Source of the DNA: Paragordius varius
Lineage: Eukaryota > Animalia > Nematomorpha
Assembly: GCA_964247055.1 (NCBI GenBank)
Contig: OZ176054.1
Coordinates: forward strand, 11,036,001 to 11,100,000
Direction of reading: 5' to 3'
Length of the DNA: 64,000 nucleotides
Part shown: positions 37,152 through 50,100 of the stretch, one piece after another
How the letters are laid out: every line of letters starts with the position of its first letter
Numbering within the stretch: the stretch's first letter is position 1
The notes under the pieces: generated by a model
Database searches by the model: none
Told to the model about the DNA's origin: nothing
What the model saw: the letters and a program-made list of their open reading frames with translations, nothing else
Program-made: the position numbers and the translations under genes

Positions 37152-38168
37152 TTAAATAGATTGTTCTATAAATCTACGGTACGTATTTAGTTTAGTGGCC
37201 ATAGACATATCAACGTATTTATCCCCAATACGAATTATCAAACCACCAATTATAGATGGGTCAACCTATGTTTTATGTATAAACTATCTATAAAACTTTG
37301 GATGAAATCTTTAAAATTTGATTTTTTGTGAGAAAGCCTTGTAGGGATGTTTCAATTTCACGTAACATATCTTTTTCCAGAGGCTAACAAAGATAAATTG
37401 ATTGATTAAAAAATGCAAAAAAAACTTGGGCACTAATTATTTCGGCCTGGACTTCTCCTCTGTGAGCAGACATTAGCGTTTCAAAAGCTTTAATGATACT
37501 TTTTAATTTATTATAGCGTCCATTTTCAATGACAAGGCCTAAAAACAGTAAAAAAATTAAGGACAGGTAAAAAGACAAATATTTAATTTATATAAATACA
37601 GCCATTTCTTTAATATAATTTATCATTTTGTAAAAAATCAGGAATATAGATGTAAATTGGTAACACCGCCAATTAGTAATTTAGTATTATGAAATAGCTT
37701 ATATCAGAAAGAAAATATTAAGGTTTAAAAAGTATGGTTGCTGTTATAAAAAAATTTCTTTTGATTTTTACGGTAAAAACAAAAATACCTAAAAAGTTTG
37801 TCGTAAGTGATGACGCTCCATATTTCCCAAGATAGTTTACTAAAAACTCTTTTTTAGGTTTCTTAGCAATAAGTGGGTTATTAACGATCGATGACAACTT
37901 TTCATCTTTTTCAAGAGCCGAACTAAATTTTTTTAATTCATTTTCCACATCATTCAATTTTTTCTCTTTATGCGATGCTGAATAAAGGGCGTGGGCATAA
38001 CGTCCTTCAAGTCCATATAATTGTATTGGTGGCTATAAATACAATAATTAATCAAATAAAATTTTGTGGAAAGTGTATATATAAAGTTTTTTATACCTTA
38101 GCTAAACTAAAACGCTTTGTTGAATGCGAAAAAAATCTAACGAGTGTAGTGTGCGGAGAAGAAAACAT
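37152..38168 (-). CDS. ATP5PO: ATP synthase subunit O (OSCP), mitochondrial
   Basis: Exons 38168-38097, 38032-37789, 37538-37426, 37383-37297, 37265-37152. Presequence MFSSPHTTLVRFFSHSTKRFS, then PPIQLYGLEGRYAHALYSAS, NGRYNKL, HRGEV and VDPSIIGGLIIRIGDKYVDMS. Confidence 0.95.
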
Positions 38169-38198
38169 GTTCCATATGTTTTAAAAAACAACCACAAC
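38169..38198. promoter_or_regulatory. 30-bp spacer between divergent start codons (bidirectional promoter region)
   Basis: ATP5PO ATG (- strand) ends at 38168 and MRPL35 ATG (+ strand) starts at 38199. Confidence 0.6.
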
Positions 38199-38684
38199 AT
38201 GCTTTCAAATTTGTCCACCTACAAAATTTTTCACCGTCTTTACTCAATATCCGTTCCAGAGATGGAGTTTAAACAAAATTGTTAATTTATTCATAGAACA
38301 ATTACTCGTTTTCACATTACAGATGGAAAGTTTCGTGGATGTGAAGATGTTTATAAACGATTTAAGAGATTGGATTGGGGTGCATGGATTTACCGTAAAC
38401 CTGGCTATCATAAACGAAGATGGAAAATGACCCATGAACAAAGAGAAACTTGTGATGATAATGTTTTCTGCACTGGTTTAACTCAATTTTAAAATAATAT
38501 TTTAGCTAAACAATCCAAAAAATTAGATCTTATGTCTCACAAAGATTTTATCAGGGAACGTTTTTATATCAATGATCCCTTTGAGCGCTACAATAAACGA
38601 TATATAAAAGCTCCGTTACCTAGGGCTGTTCCATCTTACAAATATCACATTTTAAATTGCCATTACGATACTGATATATATTGA
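38199..38684 (+). CDS. MRPL35: Mitochondrial ribosomal protein L35 (bL35m)
   Basis: Exons 38199-38266, 38297-38475, 38506-38684 with two 30-nt GT-AG introns. Reads VYKRFKRLDWGAWIYRKPGYHKRRWK..NVFCTAKQSKKLDLM..FYINDPFERYNKR, the metazoan MRPL35 pattern. Confidence 0.88.
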
Positions 38685-41600
38685 TGCATAAATGTTTGAT
38701 ATAAAATAAAGAATATTTAATTTATAGTTTTTGTCAATTATATTATTTCGTTAAAAATTGAAGATTTTATTGTTTTTTTGCCTATAAGCTAGGTAAAATA
38801 AAAGATTATCAACAGGAATAGGCAGGCGATTCGGGCCGCTCACCGGATAAGACTAGATTAATGATAAAACCGAAAATTTCTTTCATAATTTAACATAGCT
38901 AAATCAACTTTTTTTAATTTTAAGATAATATGTCGATAAATGTAATATACATTGGTTCGGGTTCTGGTCAGTTTATATTAAAAAGGCGTTTAAATATAAC
39001 TCCGTTTTGTTAAGTAAATTAAACCATGATTGCGTACGGTCTCACACATTTTCCCACCTCAAAATATGTTTGAGAGTTTAGTTTTTAAAAGTTTCCTATG
39101 AGAAGGAGTTTATTTAATTTAATAATTAAATTTATTATAATCGGCCCTATCAAGGGCTTCGAACCGTTTCGAAAAAAAAGTAGAACCGAGGTGGTTGCTT
39201 AAAAATCTAACAGATCCGGAACCGATTTCATATTAATTTCTGACCTTTCATTCATTGATTTTTACAACATTTTTATTAAAATATAAACCAAAATATCAAA
39301 AATTGTAAATGATCACATAATTTCTTAGCTAAAATACAATGATAGGTAAGTGTATCTCTATTAAGCTACTTAACTTTAATATGATTTTACCAAGCAATTC
39401 GGTCATCAGACTACTTCTCGCATGTGAAAATATAAAATTTAGAGCTAAATGTTTTAATGTTGAGAGCGGTAATATGTACGATTAATGTAATTAAATGATG
39501 AAATTTTAATTTTTAAATCTGTGGCCAAATAACACTAGTCGACAAATTTGGACATTTTTGAGCTCCACCACTCAAAGTTTTAAATTATGACTAATTTCAG
39601 TGTTTTAAAACCGAATGTGAAAAAAAATTTGATCCCGCCAATCAGAATTTTGAAATTTTATAGGTTTTTCAATTTTTCAAAAACAAGTGAAAATCGAGAG
39701 AAAATTAAATATAACTTTATAATAAAATGTTATTATATTATGAACTTAATATCATTTAATAAAGCGTTTTAAACTCTATCTTTTGAATATAAATATGTCA
39801 TTTAAATATCAGAGAGAAAAAAATAGTACGGACTTAAACGTCAAAATTTAGTCTTTTTTTTCAAGTAAATAAAACATATAAAATTTTTAAAAAAATACTA
39901 AAAAAGGCATTCTATGGTTTAAACCTTTGGCTTTCAGATAGGCTATATTTTTTTTGTTAGATTTCGTTCTTTCGAGTACTTATTAGACTTTTTCTCTTGA
40001 GTTGGTTCTTATAAAAAATCCTTAATTTATACATAGTGGATATACCTTATTTTTTTAAAATTATTGGTTGTTTTGTATTTTGAATTTCAGATGGATGTTG
40101 TTTAGCCACTTTTAGTAGAATTTACTGTTATGGGGTTGGACCATTTGTATTTACCTAATTTATATTCAATTTAATTGTAGAATTTATCTAACTTTATTCT
40201 GTGAATTGGTTAATTTGACATATCAATTTGCCTGGATTTTGCTTGCAAGTCTCTCTTATCAGGCTTTACGATGACTTATAGTTATCTTTGCCATATCTGG
40301 CATAATTGGATCGCTTAGGGGACATGCAGAGCTTGTGCAGCCGCCCGAATCTATCACACTATACATAAGCCCCTTTTAGATTTTTAATACTTTGGCTCTT
40401 AGCTTGTTTAGTATCTTATTATAAATGCCTAGAATTTGTTATCCATGCATGGAATATTACTTGTATCGACTTGCTTGTTTGAATATTTAAACATATGTAC
40501 ACGAGGAATGATTGTTATTTTTAAATTAAATACAAATTTAAAAATAAAATTTCTGAAAAATCCTATTGGTGGCCTCAATTTTCTTTTTTGTTTTGGCCTT
40601 TCCATGTCATTAGGTATCAGAAAATGCAAAAATAATAGGGTGGGTGTAATTTGAGGGCCCATCCGACCAGTAAACCCCGGTTTGAGTACCACTGATATAT
40701 TATGCGCCTCATTTTTCGTTATGGGTAATTAATTATGGATGCCCTAGTTTATAGTTTTTTACCAGATCCATAAATAAAGTAAAGTTTTAAAATTACAGGT
40801 TAAAAAATCTCTGTAAATATGTCAAATTTAAAATTTTGCCTTCTTTAGTCTTTTAAGCGCATTATTAAAATTATTTAAAAAATGTAAAATTCTAAAAAAA
40901 TTATCATCTCAAACTTTTTTACCGCCATTTTTTTCTATATTTTTTTTAACAGGCAAATATTATGTTTATTATAGTAGAAAATATAAATAATCTACTTTAA
41001 AAAGCTTTCAGGCTAAAAATCACCAGCAAATCATATATCAATTTTAATATCAGCTGTTTATTTCAATTGTGTTTTGAGCTGATAAACTCTAGAAGTCACA
41101 AAATTGTACAATTTATTATCTAATACATAAGAACAATGCCTATAATTTTTTAACTAAAATAACTTTCAAAACCGAAGCAAAATTGATTTTTGGGATGTAA
41201 AACTATCCCAATAGGTAAACTAGGACAAAAAAGGAAAAGGTAAAGAAGTGTTAAACAACAGCTTTTGTAATTATAATGATCATCCATTTTGATGAAAAAC
41301 TAGAAAGTATTATATAAATTAAACAATAAGTTTTATTTTTCAAAAATAATCCATATGCAAACCAATTATTTTGGAGGTGGAACCGAAACCGGGTTGGTTG
41401 CCAAAAATTTGATGCAACCGTCCTACTAAAATCTTAGGAACCGGGTTTAGGTTCTATACTATATGGTTCCTGTTAAAAGCCATGTAAAATTCCATTTTTT
41501 ATACTTTTCCAGAAAATTTCAAAGTCACCTGTCTACACATTTATTGTTAATTTGTATTTATATACTTTCAAGATTCGTGTGGTTAAATAAACGGTGTTTT

Positions 41601-41747
41601 AATATGTTATATAAGGCCTTAAATATATGTTTTTTATGAAATTTTACCATTAATTAGATGGCTTATTACTGATAATTTCAGTAAATATAACAGTAATTTT
41701 GTGTTAAATCACATGTAAAACTAACCATATTTAAATAGCGGTATATA

Positions 41748-42880
41748 CCAAGTGTAATCACAAATTATTACCGATATTATTAAGTGAAACAACAGTCAAA
41801 AGTATGCCTACAGTTTACTTGATACAGACCCCATTTTGTTCATCTTACGCAAGTTGAGTTCGCCAAAAACTAGCGTTTAATTTTTATTATTTAATAATCA
41901 TGTCCAATTTTTACCTGAAAAACAACATTTGTGACACTCATTCCCATCACGAGAAAAATTTAACATAGAGCAATCGTTCCCTGTAACAAAAACGCATCGT
42001 AACATGCTCTATCAATTAACAGATGTGAATCATCGTTTCAAAATATTAAACGCTGCGATTTTATGTGTAAGAGTGTTGGCACTTAGACGCTAAAGTGCAA
42101 GCGTTAATGGATGATGAACCAACTCACACTTAATTATTGGAGGCATTACATGTATCACAAAAAAGAGCAGATGACTACGAATGGGAATTACTAAGAATCT
42201 CGGTAACTGGGTACACAATAAAATGAAGTCAAATCACAGAGTGATATAAACTCCTAATTCAATAAAGATAATTATTTTTGTTGATTTACACGGGTGATGA
42301 GAAGTTATTTGTGAATATAAAGGGAAAAAATCGTGGCTCTCATCTTGTCAAGCCGGTACATTAACATTACGGCCAAATGGCTTGTAATAAGATTATGCTA
42401 TGTATCCGGTGGGACCAGAGAGGTATTGTGTATTATCAATTTGAAGCTAGGAAACAGTTAATACGCCACGCTATCGCCAATAATTGATTATTTTAAAATG
42501 CATTAAACGAAAAACGGCAAGAATGGGCCAAAGACATACCAATTTTCATGACAATGTTCCGTCTCACACAGCCAAACCAGTAAATAATACCTTACAATCT
42601 GAAATTCTTTTCCCGCTAAACACTCGTGAGTGGCGCCACCTAACTGCGTCTTAGCATCAATGGGGTACATGCTGGCAGATCAGCATTTCAATAATTTTAA
42701 AAACATTGAAAAACGTGACAAATGTTTTGCAAAAGACAAATACTTTTTAGCACGGCATTCATGTATTACATGAGAGATGGGTGAAATGTGGAGAAGCTGA
42801 TTGACAAATTTTAAATAAAATAATTGATTTTTAAAAATTACATTTTTTTAGTAAAAAATTTAATTGGCTCTCCTGAGGTA
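41748..42880 (+). mobile_element. Decayed mariner transposon (Mos1/mauritiana-like)
   Basis: ta-ccaagtgtaatcacaa terminus. MSNFLPEKQHL at 41900, TGDEK at ~42290, HDNVPSHTAKP at 42547, GHMLADQH-like tail. Many stops and frameshifts; right TIR eroded. Confidence 0.8.
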
Positions 42881-44451
42881 TAAGAACGTTATGTTTAACA
42901 ACCAAGCAAATTTAAGTGTGCATGTTTTGATAATAAAATGATGCTATAGATGAGAGTTTTTCGAATACTAATAATGCCTTTAAACTAAGATTACAATGTA
43001 TAAATTACTTGATATGTGTTGCAAGTAGTCTTTTAATTTTATCTAACATATCATCTTATCCGAGTTCATCCGCTCTTTTTCTGATGGGCAAATATTTTGT
43101 CTTTTTTTGTCTTTATCTTTTCGATTTCGACTGAGTAATCCTTAAAGTTTACTTTTATCATGTTCTATCATTTTTAGATTATACGAATTCCTGGTTTGAA
43201 TAATAAACTCACTGTTTGACTTACCGTTAAGATACTCCCTGTGGCGCATGTTTGCTAAGGATTTGATTACCATTATTTACTCTATGCGAGAGTACACCAG
43301 TTTTTTCCATAATTGTATCTTTTCTCGACTCCAGATTTATATCATTTTTTGTGTACATATCTGCATCCGGCATAAAAATTTAAAGGATATCATTATCTAA
43401 TTGTCTCGAGGGTGTTTCTCTAATTAACCCAAAACGGTGTATTAATATTTCTTAACATTTATAAGTTTAACGAATTCATTAACATCTAAACGATAAAGAT
43501 AACTCCCATGTCGAATTTTGAAAGGGAAAGACAAATGTAAAATAACCAAAAGGAAGATATCCGCTTAGAATAGGAGAAGCGCGAGATCAGTTGTAATATA
43601 TGACAAATAATAATTAATACATGTAACATTAGTGTGGAGGCATCCTAGTGTTTGAATACGACTTTTGTAAACCTTCTATTGTATCACCTTATTATTAACC
43701 TTTATACTTTAGTTTACCTGCTTGTTAAAAATGCACGGGTTATTTTACTAGTCATGTATTGATATCTAACATCGTAAATTTATAGTTATTTTTTTCTTGT
43801 AATTCATAATTTTTTTTATTTTGTAATTTTCCTGTTTCACCATTTGCGCGATTGATATGAAAAGTAAGTGTGTGTATAATTTACAATAACCTTTAAAAAA
43901 TAAATCGACTCTTTCCTTAATTATTTCTTTAACAAACACATTTTAAATTTAGGAATTTGTTTAAATTTTAAAATTTTTAGCTTTCATTACATCGTAAAAA
44001 AGTAATTAACATATATTACATATTTATTGTTACATATCACAAAAAGGGAAGGAAAATGCGTAATAAAAATAACAAAAAATTAAAGCTTTCTTTTCAAAGA
44101 TTTAATTGAGTCTTCTTCGCCAGCATTTACATCATGAACCACAATGGGGTTAAATTCGTTTTTCATGTGACAAAAAAACATTTTGATCAAAAAGTAATAC
44201 GGTTTTTCTAATAATGATGAAATTTAATATATATTAGTAATTATTTTTGGAAAAAGATAACTATAATTTGTTTTAGTTTTTAAAAAAATTCTCTCAAAAC
44301 TCAAAAAATTTATAAAATTACAAAACTACATATTAAATCACCACCATTGGTTGCTTATTTTAAGGGAAAATTTAATTTAGGGGCGGTTTAAATTTAAACC
44401 AAACTCATATAGCAGTAATAAATCATATCAATTATGAGCTCTAAAAAATGT

Positions 44452-47122
44452 TTACGCATAAAAATATTCATCAATAATATTTTCAAAACCTTCAACCCCT
44501 GGCTTTATGTAGGGTATAATCGAAAAATTAGATAAGCACATTGCTCTAACCGCATCTGTCAATGATTCAAATTCAACCAATGCATTTTGACATCTGGTCG
44601 TAACAATGTCTTTATCTATAAATTTACGGAAATAAAAATATAAATATGGACCAAGGATGTACGAATTAATTTTAGCAGCCCACGAAAAATTTTAAATGAA
44701 CAATTTTATAATATTGCATCAAAAGATATTCTGAATATATCCTTCCAAATTTGGGCTATAAATTAGCAAAAATTGTTGGATAAAATAAGAATAGGGGAGA
44801 TGTAAATTTGCAACATACTTTGATTAATTAAAATCGCGTAATCTTAATAAATGTTTTATTACTTGAAAAAAATTAAGGGTTAAAAACAATATGGTCTTTT
44901 CCTTAAAATCAAATTATTCTCTTGTTTTTTAGAAAGATTATATAATTTTAACTCTTCTACACAAAGTGTGAAACTAATAATTTTTATTGTCAAAACCATA
45001 TATAAGTGATTACAACTGTGCAATATATTAATAAAGGTTGTTTCCAATTTAAACTTCTATTCCTTTTTTCGCAATTTTAAACGTTAGGTTAAATTTTTAA
45101 TAATAAAAATATGGGTTTTAATAGCAATAAATAGATTTTTTCCTAAGAATGTCTCTGAAAGCAGAATAAACCAGTATTTATAATATATTAATATTTTCAT
45201 TTTCATTAAATAAACTGATATTAAAATAAAAATAGGCACCTTGGTAGGCCAATACATTATCGGTGTGTATTGTTGATAAAAATTGGATTTCGGATTCGCT
45301 AAAAACCATAATAGGCATTAATATATAGAAAATAAGCTAATAATATAAATTATTTGTTGAAAATATATAAAACAATAATTTTAGAGGGAAGGGTTAAAAT
45401 ATATTCAATAAAATTAACTGTTTAATAAATAACTAATCTGGTTGCATTAAATTTAATTTTTTTTAATGTAAATATTTGGTATTATATAAAATCATATAAT
45501 TACCTCCACTCACCAACCATATATGATGCTTTAACTTGTTCCGAGTCTAATGAAGACCCATTTTTCTATACAATATATACATTAATTTTTAAAATAACTT
45601 TCACAAACAAATGAATAAATGGAAAGATGGTAAAAAATTACATAATATATACAGTAAAAATAAAAATTTTATAAAGAGGAAAAAAAAAATATTTTAAAGG
45701 TCTGTCATTATTATTGCAAAATTTATAATTAAGAGTATTGCTAATAATTTAAATACATATTCCATAATGCTACTCAAAACATGCGTTATTACTAATATAT
45801 TTGGTATATAAAAATATCCGTCTTTTTCATAAAAATACTCTTTGTATTACTACTAAATTTTGTCTTTATAGGTTTCAAAACTTTTACTGTATTTAACTAT
45901 CCATATTTTAACGACAAATAAAGTTGTGCATACTTCTTTTAACGAAGTATTATTTATAGCATCAACATGATCATTTTTCTCTATATTCAATTCCTTATTA
46001 TTTTCCTCCATATCCGTTGTTTCGCTATCATTTTTATCTATATCGACGATCAAATTTTTTTGTTTAGCGGGTAAAGATCCGGTTTTTTCACCACTGTAAT
46101 TTCCACAAAGGATTCGATTAGGTACGGTCAAAATATCTTCAAACATACATGTGAGTTTGTTAACGTTAATATCCACCGGAAGATTACATATGAGAATAAG
46201 TGTTGTGGGAAAATGCAAGGAAATCGTATATAATGCCAGGTTAGTGTTGTCAGATTTTAGGGCTAAAACCGTAACGTAATAAAACCACCATATAATAAAT
46301 TAATTTTAAATAAATTTATTGTGCAACATATTTGGGGTTTATTCGTCGTCACCGCACGACGATCTAATAAAGTGAAAATAACTTTTAATAAGGTCTTTAA
46401 TTGAATATACCTGCCCAAAAATACTAGGGTGGGTATTTTGAGGCGCTTATGAGGAGTCTTAAATAAAATGTTTAAATTTACAAATATTGGAAAAAACTGA
46501 ATATATCAATTAAATTCAAAAAAAATTAATTTTAAATTCTCAAAAGGATCATTCATGATATGGATATAAAGCCATATATTTTTGTCCCACAAATGTTTAC
46601 ATTATAAGAAAAAAATGATATCCACAACAGAATTTTAAAAAATTTGAGAATTAATTCATAAAAATTAAATTATTATATACCAGTAGTTTCCAAATTTTTA
46701 GTATCTCCCATAGTTTTGCGCATTTTCACACTTTCGGTCGAGGTTATAGGCGCTTTCTGTAAATGAATTTGCCTTACCAAGTGACTTGGTAAATCCAATC
46801 TATTTTGGATACGAAAAAAATTATATTAATTAATACCACACGATGAAAATTAAAAAAAATATTTTGATTTAGCGAAATTTTTATTAAATTACAACAATTT
46901 TTATTACTTCAAAAACATAAAATTATATTTTTTATAAAGAAAAAAACACTGGGATATTATTTTATACTTTACATAAAAATACAAAGCACTAAAAAATTTC
47001 CCAGTGGTTCGATATATTCTATATTATAATAAAAGTAGAAAATAACAAAATCAAATATGTACACCAAATATCTTGTTTTTTTAGTAAAAAAACCATTTTC
47101 TTTATACTAAAACCCAACTTTA

Positions 47123-47164
<42 letters not shown>

Positions 47165-50100
47165 GAAATTTTTCCATAAAAATAAAACTCGAAACTAACT
47201 AAACCATTTTATGAATTTTTTTTTTCAGTAATCAAAAACTCAAACCCTACCCCCTTTCCTCATCCATAATAGCTAAGGCAGATTCCAACAAATTTAAACT
47301 TAAGCTTTCTGTTCCATTCTTCTTGATTTCATGGGCCTCCTGGTGAACAGAATTAAGGTTATAAAGAATAATGGCATCATCTAAACTGTATAGCGTAGTA
47401 AAATCTTCAATGTTAAAAGGACTCCCATCCGGTAAAACATGGTGTAAAACTTCATTTTCTGGTTGGTCATTATTTTCATTTTCATTTTCGTTAAAATGAT
47501 TATAATGTTGGAGCTTATCATTAGTTTGAGAATTTTGTAATACTACTGTTGATGTATGTTCGGAATACGTATTTGAGGTCGTATTAGGTAAATTTTGTTG
47601 TTGAGTACTATACGGATAAGTAAAAAAAAAGGTTGAAATATTTTATACATATACCATTTACACCAATTCAAATTCACCCTAAAAATAAATTATATGATTT
47701 CGAGCTAATATAATTCATCATTTATAGCAAATATATTCTTATAGCATAGTTTATTATAATTTTTCCAATATTATTTAAATTTGAACTAAAATTTCATTTT
47801 TAAAATATATAAAAAATATAGGTAATCTTAAACTATAAAAAAACACACAATTTATTTTAGGGTGAATTTGATTGTTCGAGGGTGAATTTGAATTGTTTGA
47901 GGGTAAATTTGAATTGTAAATGGTATAAGTATAAAGGGTTTCTAAGATATGACAGAAATGTTTAAACCTAATGCATAAGCAGAAAAGTCATATTGGAATA
48001 TACTTAATCATAGAAGCGTTCTCGATTTACAATAAGAAAATTTTAAATAATTTACAGAAAATTAATTGCAAATGCTAAAAAAGAAAAAATATCACGGTTT
48101 TAAAGGATATTACATTATTTGATAATAAAAAGTGTTTGATTAATATTTTATAACTGGAGTATATTAAATTCGTCACCAAACTACAAATTCTTAAGTACAA
48201 AAAATACATAAGCAATAGAATCATAACTGTTAGTCAAATCATATAAGTTTCTAGAAAGTGTTAACAAATTAACTCGAAATATAAAATAACTATAATTTAT
48301 TTTTTAATAATAGCTCAATTTAATAATATTAACACTTCAATTCAAATTGGGGTAATACCCCAGACTAAATTTAAATTTTTATAAAACTACTGAAGGAAAC
48401 GGTCCCAATTTAAATTTATGCTTCTATCCTGACAAATATTAAATAAATATGCCAAAATATCTTGATAAAATTTTGTTTTGAAATAAAAGTTCCACCTCAA
48501 ACTACTTCGACGCCATTTTTATTTTACAAAAATTTTGCAAAATATCGTCTTCATTTAATTTTAAGAGTAAAACTAAAGCTTATTTTTTATATAAATTACA
48601 TCTAACATTGATAGAAATAGAAAAAGTGGTTTATTTTGTATTATTTTTTAATTTTACAATTTGAGACACATGTCACGTTGACGAAATTTTTACCTTTCGG
48701 TTTTAGTTCAAAATAAGTAATATCAAGTATTTTTGAATAAAATTTTTTATATATTTCGGTTTATTGTTATATTAGTGCAAAATTTTGCCATGGTTTCGAT
48801 TTCCATACTTTTTAAACTATTTGATTTTAAACAGGCCTGGGGTATCCAACTACCCCAATTTGATTCGAAGGACTAAAATGAGTGTGTTGTATCCAAGTGT
48901 TAAACACAATTGTAAGGCAAATATCATGTCCCTCATTTTCAAATATAAATATACCCCTTATTTTATAGTTAAAATAATTTTTTTTTACAAATTTACCTTG
49001 TATTATCATTAGTTATTAACGTTTCTTCGCCCATTAAATCGGCATAAATTTCATCGTCAACCTCTACGGCTGTATTCACTTCAATATTTATAGCATCGTA
49101 ATTTGAATCAACCGCCATGACATTACTTTTTGGTTGACTTAAAGTTTCTGATGATCCAATAATGATTTCTTGATCATTACTAATCTGTTTAATATCCCCG
49201 GTTTCTAATAATATTGCTGATGATGTTGTTCTGTAAAGGAATAAAATAATGTGTAAAAGAAATTTTATAAATACAAGATTTTTTTATAATGAAATTTATA
49301 AGAAAAAATTGTATTGTTTTTTCTTAAGCAACAAATTTTCTTATATTTTTCTCGGAATTTTCGATAGCAATGCAAAAAAATATAAAAATAAATGGTTGTT
49401 TTTACAGTCTTATTAGGTCTGTAAAATGCAATGAAATATTTGTTAAGGCCCATATATTTTCCTGAAATGAGGCACGTTATGTCATTTATTGAGTTGGAGA
49501 TCTCTGGTGCCAAATAATATTAATTTAAAAAATGAATTCATACATTTTTTTATATAATACTTGTTTTCATCCAGAGATGTGTCATTGGTTTCAGGCTCCT
49601 ACAAATAAAATTGGATATAAAAATTTAAGGACAATTAAGGTGGAGGTAAAGATTATTTTTATTTACAAAAAAACCATCATTCTATATTGATTTATTTTGA
49701 GAATATTGGGTTAGAAACAAGGCTGTACATTAAAAAGACACTCCTTTTTTTAACCTAATTAGGTTACACCCGAAAAATCAATTCGTTTTATTAAAAAAAC
49801 ATACTTTCACTCTTTTGACCTTCTTATATATAATTTAATTATAAATACCAATAATTATATCAAAATTTTACACAACTCTTAAACATACATTTAACTTATT
49901 AACAGTAGTTTTTTAAGGTTATTATAATGTTTTAAACTGCTCTGGTTATTAATATTTGGAAATGCAAACCTCTTTAGTTTGATTTGTAGTTCCATCACTT
50001 TTAATTACATTTACCATTTCAACTGAAATTGTTTCTCCAATCATATTGTTGCTATCATTTTCGTTTTCTACTGTTGAATCGATTTCTTGACAAGTTTGAG

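Noticed and set aside
39900-40694. Charlie/hAT-like terminus (minus strand cagtggtactcaaac) and stop-ridden coding-like sequence
   Set aside because: Only one end found and no identifiable protein motif.
43050-43750. Possible decayed LTR/gag fragment on the minus strand
   Set aside because: No diagnostic motif, paired LTR or clear PBS.
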